Origin: Nemertoderma westbladi
Taxonomy: Eukaryota; Animalia; Xenacoelomorpha
Assembly: GCA_032718475.1 (NCBI GenBank)
Contig: JAUCBJ010001213.1
Coordinates: 1 to 64,000, forward strand
Length of the DNA: 64,000 nucleotides
Direction of reading: 5' to 3'
How positions within the stretch are numbered: the first letter of the stretch is position 1; each line of letters starts with the position of its first letter. The notes under the pieces are model-generated. The model did no database searches. It saw only the letters and a program-made list of their open reading frames with translations, and was not told the DNA's origin. This document shows, piece after piece, positions 1 through 11,043 of this stretch. The translations under genes were made by a program, and so were the position numbers.

Positions 1-1
1 T

Positions 2-937
2 AAACTTATTAGATTTAAGCAAGGTTACATTTTTAAGGATTTTATTGAATATAACACGCAGCAAAGAAAAATTGCGCGCAATGACTTTTATGATAAGTTT
101 CACAAAGGAACAAATAACGCGCTTTTCGGGAAAAGCATGGAGAATATACGGGACCGTGTCTCATTTCGCTTATGTAATTCAATCGAGAAATGTGACTTAT
201 TATTATCCAAGCCGAATCACGAAAATTTAATTATGTTCACTGATTCATTATCAGGTCACGTCCTATCTAAGACTGCGGTTTGTTTGCATAAACCTATTTT
301 TTTAGGCCAAGCTGTGTTGGACTTGTCAAAGTTAGATTACTACACTTTTTTCTACGATAAGTTAAAGCCCATGGAAGCCGAATTAAATTGTAGTATAAAT
401 TTGTTAGGTGGGGACACGGATTCTTTTTTTTTACAGTGTGTTGGTTTATCCCAACACCAATTTTTATCTGCGTTACAATCAAAAAAAGTTTTAGACTGTT
501 CAAATTACCCTATTACGCATCCGTTGTATACAGTAGAACAGAAAGGGAAATATAGATATTTAAAGGATGAAGGGAAGTCTATCCCGTTTGACCAGGTTAT
601 TTTACTTAGACCAAAATGTTATAGCTTTCGTGGGGGGTCAGTTCCAAAACGTGTCGCTAAAGGCGTAGGAAAAATGGTTATAAAAAAGAAACTCTCCCAC
701 GAATCATATTTAAAAGTATATAACGAGGTTAGCGAGCATTACGAATACAGTCAAAGGTTTCAATCTAATTTACATAAAATATACACCGTTTCACAAAGAA
801 AAAAATCGCTAACACTGTGGGAAGATAAAAGGTACTACACATCGACTAATGAAAGTCTACCTTACGGCCATTATAAAACACATTTGGATCGTAAAGCGCC
901 AGCCCCTAAGCTTTATATGCCGCCCATTATAGAATAG
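2..937 (+). CDS. Protein-primed family B DNA polymerase (pPolB), C-terminal part
   Basis: Frame is open from position 2 (KLIRFKQGYIFKDFIEYNT...). Motif B KGTNNALFGKSMENIR, KPIFLGQAVLDLSK, motif C GGDTDS, LRPKCYS, KGV and C-terminal DKRY...SLPYGHY, as in Polinton PolB. Confidence 0.93.
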   Translation, partial: KLIRFKQGYIFKDFIEYNTQQRKIARNDFYDKFHKGTNNALFGKSMENIRDRVSFRLCNSIEKCDLLLSKPNHENLIMFTDSLSGHVLSKTAVCLHKPIFLGQAVLDLSKLDYYTFFYDKLKPMEAELNCSINLLGGDTDSFFLQCVGLSQHQFLSALQSKKVLDCSNYPITHPLYTVEQKGKYRYLKDEGKSIPFDQVILLRPKCYSFRGGSVPKRVAKGVGKMVIKKKLSHESYLKVYNEVSEHYEYSQRFQSNLHKIYTVSQRKKSLTLWEDKRYYTSTNESLPYGHYKTHLDRKAPAPKLYMPPIIE

Positions 938-946
938 CGGATTGCG

Positions 947-1507
947 ATGTCTTTTAGTGTTGTCAACAGTAATATAAGTTTGAGGTTGGTTGATGGGCGC
1001 ATATCATTCGATGTGCTGGCTAAACGAATTCGAAATGGAAAACTCATCTTAAAGCCTTTCCAATATATCGCCAAAATTTGCGGATGGACGTGTCTCTTTT
1101 TCCCGAGCGGTAAGGTCACTGTACTCGGTAAATCACCTAAAATAAAAAAAATTATTAAGTATATATATAAGCATACTGATTATAAACTAACTTTTATTTC
1201 AATCAATAGCCAAACTTATATTATTAACAATCTAGACATAGACTATAGCAAATTAATGAAAACGGTTGGGTTTCATTTTTTAGATAATTATTATAATGTG
1301 GAGGTGAAATATGAGCCGGAGATATTTAATAATATTCTTGTGCAGTTTTATCGTCGGGGTAAAACTAGTTCTAATATCATAACATTTTGCGTTTTTTACA
1401 CACGAAATGTTGTGTGTATGGCAAGACCCGAGATATTTCGAGTATTTTTTCCAAAGTTTTTGAATTTTATTGGTAATTTAGATAGTCATTTAGGTAGAAA
1501 TATTTAA
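947..1507 (+). CDS. Divergent TATA-binding protein (TBP)-like protein, 186 aa
   Basis: By-eye alignment to both TBP repeats: VVNSNISLRL..ISFDVLAKRIRNG ~ LQNIVSTVNL..LDLKTIALRARNA; TCLFFPSGKVTVLG ~ TALIFSSGKMVCTG; YEPEIF ~ YEPELF; FCVFYTRNVVCMA ~ LLIFVSGKVVLTG. Length fits a bare TBP core. Confidence 0.72.
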   Translation: MSFSVVNSNISLRLVDGRISFDVLAKRIRNGKLILKPFQYIAKICGWTCLFFPSGKVTVLGKSPKIKKIIKYIYKHTDYKLTFISINSQTYIINNLDIDYSKLMKTVGFHFLDNYYNVEVKYEPEIFNNILVQFYRRGKTSSNIITFCVFYTRNVVCMARPEIFRVFFPKFLNFIGNLDSHLGRNI

Positions 1508-1949
1508 TATTTAATTTTTTCATTTCTGGCGCCAGTTTTAGGTTTGTCCAGTGGGATCTCGTTAGGTTTTTAAATAAACACAGATATTAACATTATTCGC
1601 ATTATATATATATATATATATAACGTGTTTTATCGGTAGTCTTAGGTTGTCAAGGGCGTCAATTTCATTTCTGACGTCGGTTTTACATTTACATAAATCT
1701 AGTCTATCTGTCTATTTGTCGGTCTTTCTGTCCGTCAGTATGTCAAAATTAATTCATTGTTCGCGTTATATAATGTATTTTATTAATTATTATTGATGTT
1801 AGGTTTAAAGAGTGACGGTTTCTATAATTGCTCGGTTTTATCGCGTGAAAAACCCCACCCACGCATATAATCGATACTATTTATAACGGTGGTGGTGTTT
1901 TATTACTTACTATTATTGTTCTCGTTTATATAAGTTATTAATATATGTA

Positions 1950-2411
1950 ATGAAATCACTCAAAGCTTTAATTAAACAATTTGATGGGGATTTAAAGTTC
2001 TTATCTAACGCCCCCCTCAACCGTAGAAAAACCTTCTTACGCGTCGGTGGAACCGACGAACTTATAAGTTTTCTAATTAATATTATTCTAAATGTATTAA
2101 ATGGTAACGTAAAAATTCCTGAGCAAACAATCGTGAGGTTAAAACGCCATAAAAAAACAATACGCGAGATCGCTAAAAAACCAAAAGCCAAGTATCCCAT
2201 TCGAATTTATCGTAAACGATTGGTGCAAAGGGGTGGATTTATAAATCTACTAATCTCCGGTTTAATGAGTGGGCTTAACGCTTATCAGAAAATATCACCC
2301 ATAATAACGGCTGTAAGAGGCAGAAAATTAGCCCAATCCCGCCGGGGGTATAGACCTACTACCTCTGGCACACGCGTCAACCGTCAAGTTTCTAGGTTTC
2401 CCATCTACTGA
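1950..2411 (+). CDS. Polinton/adintovirus basic protein with putative viral-protease cleavage site (core-protein-like)
   Basis: K/R-rich 153 aa with NIILNVLNGNVKI and RKRLVQRGG|FINLLISGL, resembling the QxGGF motif of Polinton small proteins; lies next to the ATPase. Confidence 0.65.
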   Translation: MKSLKALIKQFDGDLKFLSNAPLNRRKTFLRVGGTDELISFLINIILNVLNGNVKIPEQTIVRLKRHKKTIREIAKKPKAKYPIRIYRKRLVQRGGFINLLISGLMSGLNAYQKISPIITAVRGRKLAQSRRGYRPTTSGTRVNRQVSRFPIY

Positions 2412-2428
2412 GTGGCTACCTATCAACA

Positions 2429-3139
2429 ATGTCCCGAGAGCCGACGATATCACGGGAACCAATCACATCATACGACGCCTCTTTCAAGATGGGTTCGGCC
2501 ATGATTATTGCGGGTCCAAGTTCTTCCGGAAAAACAGTGTTGGTATCAAAAATTGTAAAAAATAAAAATTTAGTTTTTGATATAACCCCGAAGCGTGTAT
2601 TATTCTTTTATGGCGCCACCCCACCAGAATTCCCGGGTATAACACATCTATTCAAAGGTTTACCGCAAAAAATTAATTCTATTTTCCGCGAAAACGATCT
2701 AATTATTATAGACGACTTGTTAAGCGAAAGTAAGAGTGATGAGAGTTTGACAGAAAGCTTCACAAAAACCTGCCATCATACTTCCTGTTTCATTATCTAT
2801 ATAACACAAAATTTCTTCAGTAAAGGGGCGGAAACACGGACTAGAAGTCTAAATGCCCAATATTGTATTTTCACAAAAAATCCCCGCGACGCAAGTCAAA
2901 TAAGCTATATAGCGCGGCAAGTGTACCCAAAAAATAGCAATTTTATTGTTCAAGCATATAGTGACGCCACACAAAAACCATTCACACACCTTCTCTTAGA
3001 CTTTCATCAAAAAACGGATGATAGTATAAGAGTTAGGGGTGATATTTTCAACCCATTAGGGCAAACTGTTTATCAACCCACGAATATGAACTCTAACACA
3101 CCTCACCAACGCCCCGAGGCTCAGTCTATACCGCAGTAG
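2429..3139 (+). CDS. A32/FtsK-HerA-like DNA packaging ATPase
   Basis: Walker A GPSSSGKT, Walker B LIIIDDL, followed by HH..CFIIYITQNFF, RTRSLNAQY, KNPRD and HLLLDFHQ, typical of Polinton ATPases. Confidence 0.93.
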   Translation: MSREPTISREPITSYDASFKMGSAMIIAGPSSSGKTVLVSKIVKNKNLVFDITPKRVLFFYGATPPEFPGITHLFKGLPQKINSIFRENDLIIIDDLLSESKSDESLTESFTKTCHHTSCFIIYITQNFFSKGAETRTRSLNAQYCIFTKNPRDASQISYIARQVYPKNSNFIVQAYSDATQKPFTHLLLDFHQKTDDSIRVRGDIFNPLGQTVYQPTNMNSNTPHQRPEAQSIPQ

Positions 3140-3260
3140 CGACGCCGTGCTAAAACCATTTTCACACATTGTTTAGACTTTCACCAAAATTAGGTTATTA
3201 TCGGTCCATGAACGTGAACTCTAGTATATAGTATTAATATATTAATAATGATATATAACG

Positions 3261-3722
3261 ATGAAAAATAACGAGATTAGCCTCGGAAATTTTAAGAAGT
3301 TGTATCTAGTTTCTACTTTATTAACGGATACTTATAATAATAATAATAAGAAAAGCAATAATATAATACAACCGCTAGATGGTGTGACAATTTCATCCCA
3401 GAAAGCCAAACGATTGTTGAGTTATTTGATGCGATTCTCGCGAGACAGAGTACGGTGGAGCGATAATAATAAACTCTATATAGAAAATAAACTTATTCCC
3501 GGAGCAAATATTGATCATTTGATTGAATTGCTGACTACAAAAAAAAATAAGAAAAACACCGAAATAATTCCAGGACAAGCAACATTTTTGGGGTTATTAA
3601 AACGATTAAGGATACCAAAACGATTAATTGGTCGCGGTTGGTTGAAACGGCAAAGGGTCCGCGTGACCCCTTCCAACACAAAACGCGTCGACGCGTGGAA
3701 ACAATACGTAGGACTACAATAA
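3261..3722 (+). CDS. Polinton-associated hypothetical protein
   Basis: Intact 153-aa ORF between ATPase and integrase; KAKRLL...WSDNNKLYIENKLIPGANIDHLI...PGQATF resembles a recurrent Polinton ORF as I recall it. Confidence 0.6.
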   Translation: MKNNEISLGNFKKLYLVSTLLTDTYNNNNKKSNNIIQPLDGVTISSQKAKRLLSYLMRFSRDRVRWSDNNKLYIENKLIPGANIDHLIELLTTKKNKKNTEIIPGQATFLGLLKRLRIPKRLIGRGWLKRQRVRVTPSNTKRVDAWKQYVGLQ

Positions 3723-3846
3723 ATCGACGTGTGGAAACAAAGCGCGGGATAACATTAAAATAGTAGTAGTAGTATGTTTTTTGAACGTTTCATATTAAGT
3801 ATTAACTGTCATTGCAAGTGTTTTCTTCCACGACACGACACAACCG

Positions 3847-4000
3847 ATGGGGAGAATCGTAGAAAATCGAACAAACAAACGACTGGGAAGAATATATTAC
3901 GATGTTTCAAATGCTGCCGGTTTCGCGAGCGTAACCAAACTAGCGAAAGCCGCTAAAGTTACGAGAAATCGCGCAAAAGAATGGTTGAGCTCCCAACCGA
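3847..4000 (+). pseudogene. Polinton retroviral-like integrase, N-terminal fragment only
   Basis: LGRIYYDVSNAAGFASVTKLAKAA...AKEWLSSQ matches the Polinton integrase start (IYYDP..P.SF.G..KL...V..WL..Q). Similarity stops near 4000, where antisense gag begins. Confidence 0.75.
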
Positions 4001-5037
4001 ACGTAATGGCTACCAATGCTACGAGGATATTCAACATCAAACTCATGGGCTTTCTGAAATAATTCTTTCCATGTAGAATCTGGGTTATTTCGACGCCACC
4101 CTTTTAATCGACCCCGAACTTCATTACGAATATTCATTGAAAAGAAATCCTGTAGAATTCCTTGTTCGCCATCTTCCTAATGCTCTTCTCGTCGACGACG
4201 GACTGTCATCATAAACCTCTCTATATATTCCGGCCGTGTCTCATTAATTCCTTGCCGACAGTTGGCAACTTCGCCAGCTGTACTTCGCTTATGATCCCCC
4301 AATATTCGTATTATCGCTCTCTTTAAGGTGTCGTAAGTCGAATTATCACTTTCATCTAAAGTTTTCTCTAACATTTTATGTAAACGCCCTATCTTTACAA
4401 GCAACCTATTTTTCTGTTCCATTATTGGTACCTGTGAATCTTTCATAACCCTCTCATAATGGTCATCAAACCATTCTTCTATTGACATGACTTTAGGATC
4501 AAACGGTGGAATCTTCTCTGTCAACTTCGTTAATCGTTCCGCAGTAAACCGTGAGCTAAATCCAGGACTTCTCGAAGGAACATCTATTTCAACATCATCA
4601 TGGGTAGGCCCCCTCGGCGCCCGTGTGATATTAGAAGCCATCAGATTATTAAACATATCTTCTTCTCTACGGTTTCTTTCTGCTGCTTCAAATTGCGCTC
4701 TTTCGATCCTTACTGTCTCATTTGCATGTAAACTATTCATCATATCTGATATCATTTTAGTTTGAGCCTCCATTGTCCTCGCCATCGTATCTGCGAATGT
4801 TTGCATCAATAATTTAAATTCTCCATCTCGAGTTGATTCAGCAGATGCACCTTCTGTAGTCTTTGACTTCGTAGATCCTTCGCCTTGACTATGTTTACTC
4901 ATTTTGTCCGCCTCCTCTATTTCTTTATGGTAATTCTCTCTAACTTCCTTTGGCGACTGGCGAGTTATCCGTTTTTTTGAATCCAGCTCTCTATTCCTGT
5001 ATTCAGTTAGTAGACGCTGTATAGGCAATAGGTGCAC
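4001..5037 (-). pseudogene. gag-like ORF with in-frame TAG at 4177-4179
   Basis: Coiled-coil N-terminus, then IPPFDPKVMSIEEWFDDHYE, YDTLKRAII and QGINETRPEYIERF (capsid/MHR-like). The same frame continues after the stop into the 4137 ORF (MNIRNEVRGRL...TWKELFQKAHEFD). Confidence 0.72.
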
Positions 5038-5151
5038 CCTACCCTTCTCATATTCTAGTAGTCTGCTGTCTGTTCTATCTGTCTATGTACCGGCACCGGT
5101 TCTCTATGTTTACTGCCCAACTCCTCCAACAACTGTGCTATTTCAAGCGCA

Positions 5152-5166
5152 TCGGTGGGACCTCCA
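5152..5166 (-). other. Primer-binding site complementary to the tRNA-Gln 3' end
   Basis: Minus strand TGGAGGTCCCACCGA directly after the LTR end; plus strand TCGGTGGGACCTCCA equals the 3' end of metazoan tRNA-Gln including CCA. Confidence 0.85.
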
Positions 5167-5416
5167 TGTAATGGGCGGCTTATCTGCTTTAGCTTCAACC
5201 CCCCTCCCTCGAGTTATCTAACGCATGTAGCACAAAAGCAGCAAATAACTTTCTAACTCTGTAATGTCTTTATGAATATATTAACATTTTATACTGATAT
5301 ACAAATTACATCGATTATTATAGTTAGGACAGACAGACAGGGTAAGGCGCACAACCACGGCCTACATCTGTACATAAAATAGGCTACAGTATGGTAACTA
5401 CCGGTACTTTCTTACA
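5167..5416 (-). repeat. 5' LTR (250 bp) of the truncated element
   Basis: TGTAA...TTACA inverted termini; bounded by the PBS on one side and the 48-bp satellite on the other. Confidence 0.8.
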
Positions 5417-6388
5417 GTATTGGGAAACACAAAATATAGCAACGTTTACGCAGCTCCACCTATAGTATTGGTAAACACAAAATATGTCGCGAAGATCGCG
5501 ACGTTTACGAAGCTTCACCTATAGTATTGGTAAACACAAAATATTGCGACGTTTACGAAGCTCCACCTATAGTATTGGGAAACACAAAATATCACGACGT
5601 TTGCGAAGCTCCACCTATAGTATTGGTAAACACAAAATATCGCGACGTTTACACAGCTCCACCTATAGTATTGGTAAACACAAAATATCGCGACGTTTAC
5701 GAAGCTCCACCTATAGTATTGGGAAACACAAAATATCGCGACGTTTACGAAGCTCCGCCTATAGTATTGGGAAACACAAAATATCGCGACGTTTATGAAG
5801 TTCCATCTATAGTATTGGTAAACACAAAATATCGCGACGTTTATGCAGCTCCATCTATAGTATTGGTAAACACAAAATATCGCGAAGATCGTGACGTTTG
5901 CGAAGCTCGCTCCACCTATAGTATTGGTAAACACAAAATATCGCGAAGATCGTGACTTTTGCGAAGCTCCACCTATAGTATTGGTAAACACAAGATATGT
6001 CGCAAAGATCGCGTCGTTTACGAAGCTTCACCTATAGTATTGGTAAACACAAAATATCGCGAAGATCGCAACGTTTGCGAAGCTCCACCTATAGTATTGG
6101 TAAACACAAAATATCGCGACATTTACGCAGCTCCAGCTCCACCTATAGTATTGTTAATACAAAATATCGCGAACATCACGACGTTTGCGAAGCTCCACCT
6201 ATAGTATTGGTAAACACAAAATATCGTGAAGATCGCGACGTTTGCGAAGCTCTACCTATATATAGTATTGTTAAACACAAAATATCGCGAAGATCGCGAC
6301 GTTTGCGAAGCTCCACCTATAGTATTGGTAAACACTAAATATGTCGCGAAGATCACGACGTTTACGAAGCTTCATCTATAGTATTGGT
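5417..6388. repeat. 48-bp (variant 57-bp) CpG-rich minisatellite, left part
   Basis: Unit GTATTGGTAAACACAAAATATCGCGACGTTTACGAAGCTCCACCTATA, about 19 copies. Confidence 0.95.
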
Positions 6389-6587
6389 TGTAGGATAGTG
6401 ATCACAATCAGTATCAACTGTATGTACATATAAATGTAAACCTATATAAGTAACAAGGGAGATTATTATTCTAGAACTGAGATGAAAGAACATAGCTACA
6501 GTATAAGAATATCTTGTATTCTAATATTTATATAATTAAAGTAATACATGAAAATATACTCAATGTCACTTCTTTCATTATCATACA
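6389..6587 (+). repeat. 5' LTR (199 bp)
   Basis: TGTAGGATAG...TCATACA; direct repeat of 11044-11251. Confidence 0.95.
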
Positions 6588-6599
6588 TGGCGCTGCCAG
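6588..6599 (+). other. Primer-binding site (TGGCGCTGCCAG), probably tRNA-Ser
   Basis: Starts with TGG immediately after the LTR. TGGCGCTGC fits the 3' end of some invertebrate tRNA-Ser; tRNA identity is inferred. Confidence 0.65.
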
Positions 6600-6660
6600 T
6601 ATTAAAGAACCAGTGAGATAACCCATCTACTTATACACTGTAGGTCACTTAACTATAAAA

Positions 6661-7540
6661 ATGGGAGATAAAACCGAATTGTCAACAGACCAATTACAGG
6701 CCATCATTAACGCTGCTGTCTCTGCAGCCGTTTCTCAGATGGCAAATGTACCGTCAAATTCAGCTCAGAATGAAACAATACGGGGACTACAGATCCCTAT
6801 TCTTGATTTGGGCATCGATAAATCTCCAAAAAGTTTTTCTGACTGGAAACTGACTTGGGAAGACTATGCCAATCTCTCCGGTTTGACCACTTTCCCAGAA
6901 TCAAAACAAATGCGCGTCCTTCGACTGGCTCTATCCGCTGAAACCAGGGATATTCTAAACGCATTTGATTTACCTGAAACCAGCACAGTTCCAAATGCCA
7001 TTGCTCGTTTGGAGACGTATGTAAATGGTGCAGTCAATATAACAATGGAACGACGAACATTTCGCCTAAGACACCAGGAGGAGGGCGAATCCATAGAGGA
7101 CTGCTATCTTGCTCTGAGAAACCTAGCTCGTTCATGCAAATTCAATGACCCGGAAATTGATCAGTATAACCAAGCACTAAAAGACCAACTAGTTCAAGCT
7201 CTCACTAATGAAGAGGACAAACAAAAGGTCTTGAAATTACGGGATGCCCCTTTGAATACCATAATTGATGAGTTAAGAGCTGAAGAATCTGCATCAGCCA
7301 GTGCTGCTGCTATTGTTCTAAAGGAACCAGCCATCAATGCTGCTAAGTCTTCCACCTACAAACGAAACAAATGGAAAAATAAGGCAACTCAAAATGATGA
7401 TACAACATCACACAATCAACAGAGTAAAAAAAAGGTTGTGTAAATGGTGTGGTGGAACCTGTTCATCAAAGGACGTTTGTCGTGCCAAAGATAAGATATG
7501 TGGCTTCTGCGACATAAAGGGCCATATCATCTGTCTGTAG
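6661..7540 (+). pseudogene. Gypsy gag, frameshifted in an A-run before the zinc knuckles
   Basis: FSDWKLTWEDY, ERRTFRLRHQEEGESIEDCYLALRNLARSCKF, LKDQLV; the CKWCG...C and CGFCDIKGH motifs sit in another frame after the A-run near 7430. Confidence 0.88.
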
Positions 7541-7580
7541 AAAAAAGAAATACTCAGGATCTCCAGAAACCCACGATATC

Positions 7581-10500
7581 TTGACTGTCACTATCATGCG
7601 ATCAGGAGCCTCTCAGATCCCATCTGTCAAAAGTTCCCCTACAACTATCATTGGTGTACAACATCATGATTTTAAAACATCAATTCCTATGCTTCCTGAC
7701 TCTGGAGCTGACCTATGTGCAGTAGGACCAAAATTTATTAAACTTCTAGACATTGATATTGACAATCTCGCCCCTTCACCTTATATAACCACAGTCGCGG
7801 ATGGTTCTAAAATGTACCCATTAGGCAAGGTGCGAAATGTCACACTAACAAAAATTAATCAGAAAGTGGAAACAGACATTCACGTTTTCCCACACGTCTC
7901 AACTCCACTTCTGTCATGGACAGTAGCAAAGAAATTCAAGATAATTTCACCAACATTTCCAGAGCCATGGGTAACTGAAACCTGTTCAAAAAATAGTCCA
8001 CCATTAAGCAATAAATCTCAAACAGCATCAAATACAAACCAATCAAGAACTTATGCAGAAGTTGTTTGTCAACAACCTCTTACAAACACTTTTCAAACCA
8101 AAAACGCTGCCACTAATAAAGAGAATACCAATAAAAGGGATGAGGACAAAATTAATATTTTAAAGGAGTTTAAAGATGTATTCTCCGATGAAATAAAAGT
8201 AATGCCAGGTGAACAATATCACATCGACTTAAAACCAAACGCCAAGCCGTTTTCCATTAGTGCACCAAGGACAGTTCCATTAGCATATCGTGATAGACTC
8301 ACAGCTGAATTAGAACTGCTCACATCTAAGGGAATAATAGAAAGAGTTAGTCATCCAACTGACTGGGTGGCTCCGATTGTTGTTGCTCCAAAAAAAGGCT
8401 CTGATAATATACGAATGTGTGTTGATCTCAGTCAACTAAATCGCCGCCACGTACACCGTGAACGTTATTGGACACATTCGCCAATGAAGGCTGTAGCAGG
8501 AATCCCAACCACTTCCCAGTGGTACACTGTGATTGACGCTGTTAAGGGCTATCACCAATGTCCACTTGATGATGAGTCAAAAGATCTTACAACTTTCCTC
8601 ACACCGAATGGGAGATACCGCTTTCTCAGAGCACCATTTGGAGTTAGTTCAATCAGTGAACACTATAACCGAAGAATGGATGAAGCTTTGGAAGGAATTC
8701 AATTCGTGCGAAAAATTGTAGATGATGTATTGATATTTGGAGCAACCTACGACGAATTAATTAGCCGAACACATGCTGTACTACAAAGATGCCGTGCTCG
8801 GGGTATCACTCTTTATCAGAAAAAGCTTCAATTTGCTCAACAAGAAGTATGTTTTGCTGGCTATGTAATTTCAGGAGGCTCATACCACACAAATCCAGAT
8901 ATCACAACAGCAATAAAATCATACCCAACACCGACAAACAGAACAGACATTCGCTCTTTCTTTGGACTTGTAAATCTCACCCAAGACATCTGCTATTGAA
9001 CCTCTTCACCATTTATGTGAACTCCTCTCTACAAAGAAAGACTTCATATGGGATGCAACACATGACAAAGCTTTTGCACAAGCCAAAGAAATACTCTCAG
9101 AGGCAATATCATTAGGATTCTTCTCAGCAAACCATGACATGACACCCAATTGATAACAGATGCCTCTAGAATAGGTCTTGGCTATATCCTCCAGCAACGT
9201 CCTCAAGGAGAGACTGGTGAGTGGACAACTATACAAGTTGGATCTCGTTTCCTAACAGACACTGAAACAAGATATGCAGTAATAGAACTTGAACTACTTG
9301 GCATTGCATGGGCTTGTAAGAAATTGGATAAATTTGTACAAGGATTAGATTTCACTATTCTTACAGATCATAAGCCTATTGTGCCAATCTTAAACAGTCA
9401 CCGTTTAGACGAAATAGAGAACCCACTCCTCCAACGTCTTCGTCAACATCTTATGCCTTATGCTATTACAGCAAAATGGATAAAGGGGTCTACCAATATT
9501 GCAGCAGATGCACTATCACGAAATCCTGTCAATGGCGATAATCAAACAGTAGATATGGCCGATATTGAACCAATTGATGTGTCTACAAGGATATACGACT
9601 CAAATAAATCGCCTTCTATACATGAAATCAGACTATTTTCATCCGGCACAAGAAATGAGGATCTGCGAGTTGCTGAGCTGAGGAAATATGCCATTGAGGA
9701 TGGTGAATACATCCACCTTCGTGAAATAATCTCCAAAAGTGGTTTTCCAAATACTCCTTCTGAACTGCCAGAGAATATTAGGAAATATTGTAGTGTCCAT
9801 TCTGATCTCACTGTTGAAGATGGTCTTATCCTACTAGGCTGTCGTCTACTAGTCCCAGCAGCTCTTCGTGCAACAGTCTTATCACGGCTCCATGAAGCAC
9901 ATCAAGGTATCACCCGCACAACAGAGAGAGCACAACTGAGTTTGTATTGGCCGGGAATGTTTAATGACATAACCTCATTTATTAGTTCATGTCGCTTCTG
10001 TCAAGAGAGATTACCAGCCAAACCACGGGATCCTCTTATACAAAAGCCATTACCAGAACGACCATTTCAAGAAATAGCCAGTGATCTCGCTATAGTTAGT
10101 GGAAAACAATACCTGATCAATGTATGCTGCTACAGTGACTGGCCTGAGATACATTGTTTGGGAAATAATTCCACATCCCCTGCAATCATTGACTCTCTAA
10201 AAGACTTCTTTGTCCGGACATCAGTCCCAGATGTATTTTGGTCTGACAACGGCCCACAATTCAAATGTCATAAAATGAAAGAATTTCTGGCTGACTGGGG
10301 AATAGAACATAAAACCAGCAGCCCCCACCATCCACAATCGAATGGAAAAGCAGAAGCAACTGTAAAATCAATGAAAAAGTTAATTCAATCCAACCATAAA
10401 GGACGCGTACTCAATATTGACGGTCTGAGACGCGCTCTTCTTTCATACAGAAATACGCCATGTCGCCGCGATGGCCTATCCCCTGCTATGAAACTGTACG

Positions 10501-10979
10501 GCCGACCAATTCAGGATCGCCTACCAGCTCACCGTTCTTCCTTCGACCCAAAGTGGATAAAACAACATCGTACAATTGATGAACGAACAACAAATACACA
10601 GATGAAGGCTAAAGCATACTTCGACATACATACACGGCCCAATGACTCATTCAAAATAGGGGCAAATGTTTTAATATGGAATATGATAACCCGTCGGTGG
10701 AACTTATCTGGTAGCGTTATAGAGGTAATAAACCCACGTAAATACGTTGTTCGAACTACCAGCGGGCGTGTTCTAACACGCAATAGAAAACATCTACATC
10801 GCCAACAAATAATATCTGCTCCCATTCCGGTGAACGTCAAACCGCACGTAGATCACTCGGAAAATCCACAACCGATGAACACTATGGGAAAACCAATACA
10901 TTCTACAACATGTCCACCTCTGCGTAGAAGTTCTAGACAAGTTCAAAGACCAATACGCTTAATAGAGGAGATGGAATAA
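7581..10979 (+). pseudogene. Gypsy pol (protease, RT, RNase H, integrase), disrupted near 8990-9150
   Basis: PR LPDSGA; RT IRMCVDL, IDAVKGYHQ, RAPFG, IVDDVL; RH TDASRIGLG; IN HEAH..CRFC, SDNGPQF, SNGKAE. Confidence 0.94.
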
Positions 10980-11035
10980 AAACTGTTTTCATTCTAAACC
11001 TGAATCAATAACTGAACAATACACCGATTCAGGCT

Positions 11036-11043
11036 GGGGGAGG
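11036..11043 (+). other. Polypurine tract
   Basis: GGGGGAGG immediately before the 3' LTR. Confidence 0.8.

Larger units (their letters stand above)
1..4000 (+). mobile_element. Polinton/Maverick (adintovirus-like) element, partial; continues left of the window, truncated on the right inside the integrase
   Basis: Compact, intronless, co-oriented cluster of pPolB, packaging ATPase, QxGG/F basic protein and integrase N-terminus, which is the typical Polinton gene set. No TIR visible; right boundary approximate. Confidence 0.88.
4001..5416 (-). mobile_element. Truncated LTR retrotransposon (5' LTR, PBS and gag; pol and 3' LTR missing), probably Ty3/Gypsy
   Basis: LTR with TGTAA...TTACA ends, immediately followed on the minus strand by a PBS and a gag-like ORF. 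Left boundary approximate. Confidence 0.82.

Noticed and set aside
5417-6388. Possible CRISPR array (also considered for the 32-, 47- and 60-bp arrays)
   Set aside because: Units are contiguous with no unique spacers, there are no cas genes, and the context is eukaryotic.
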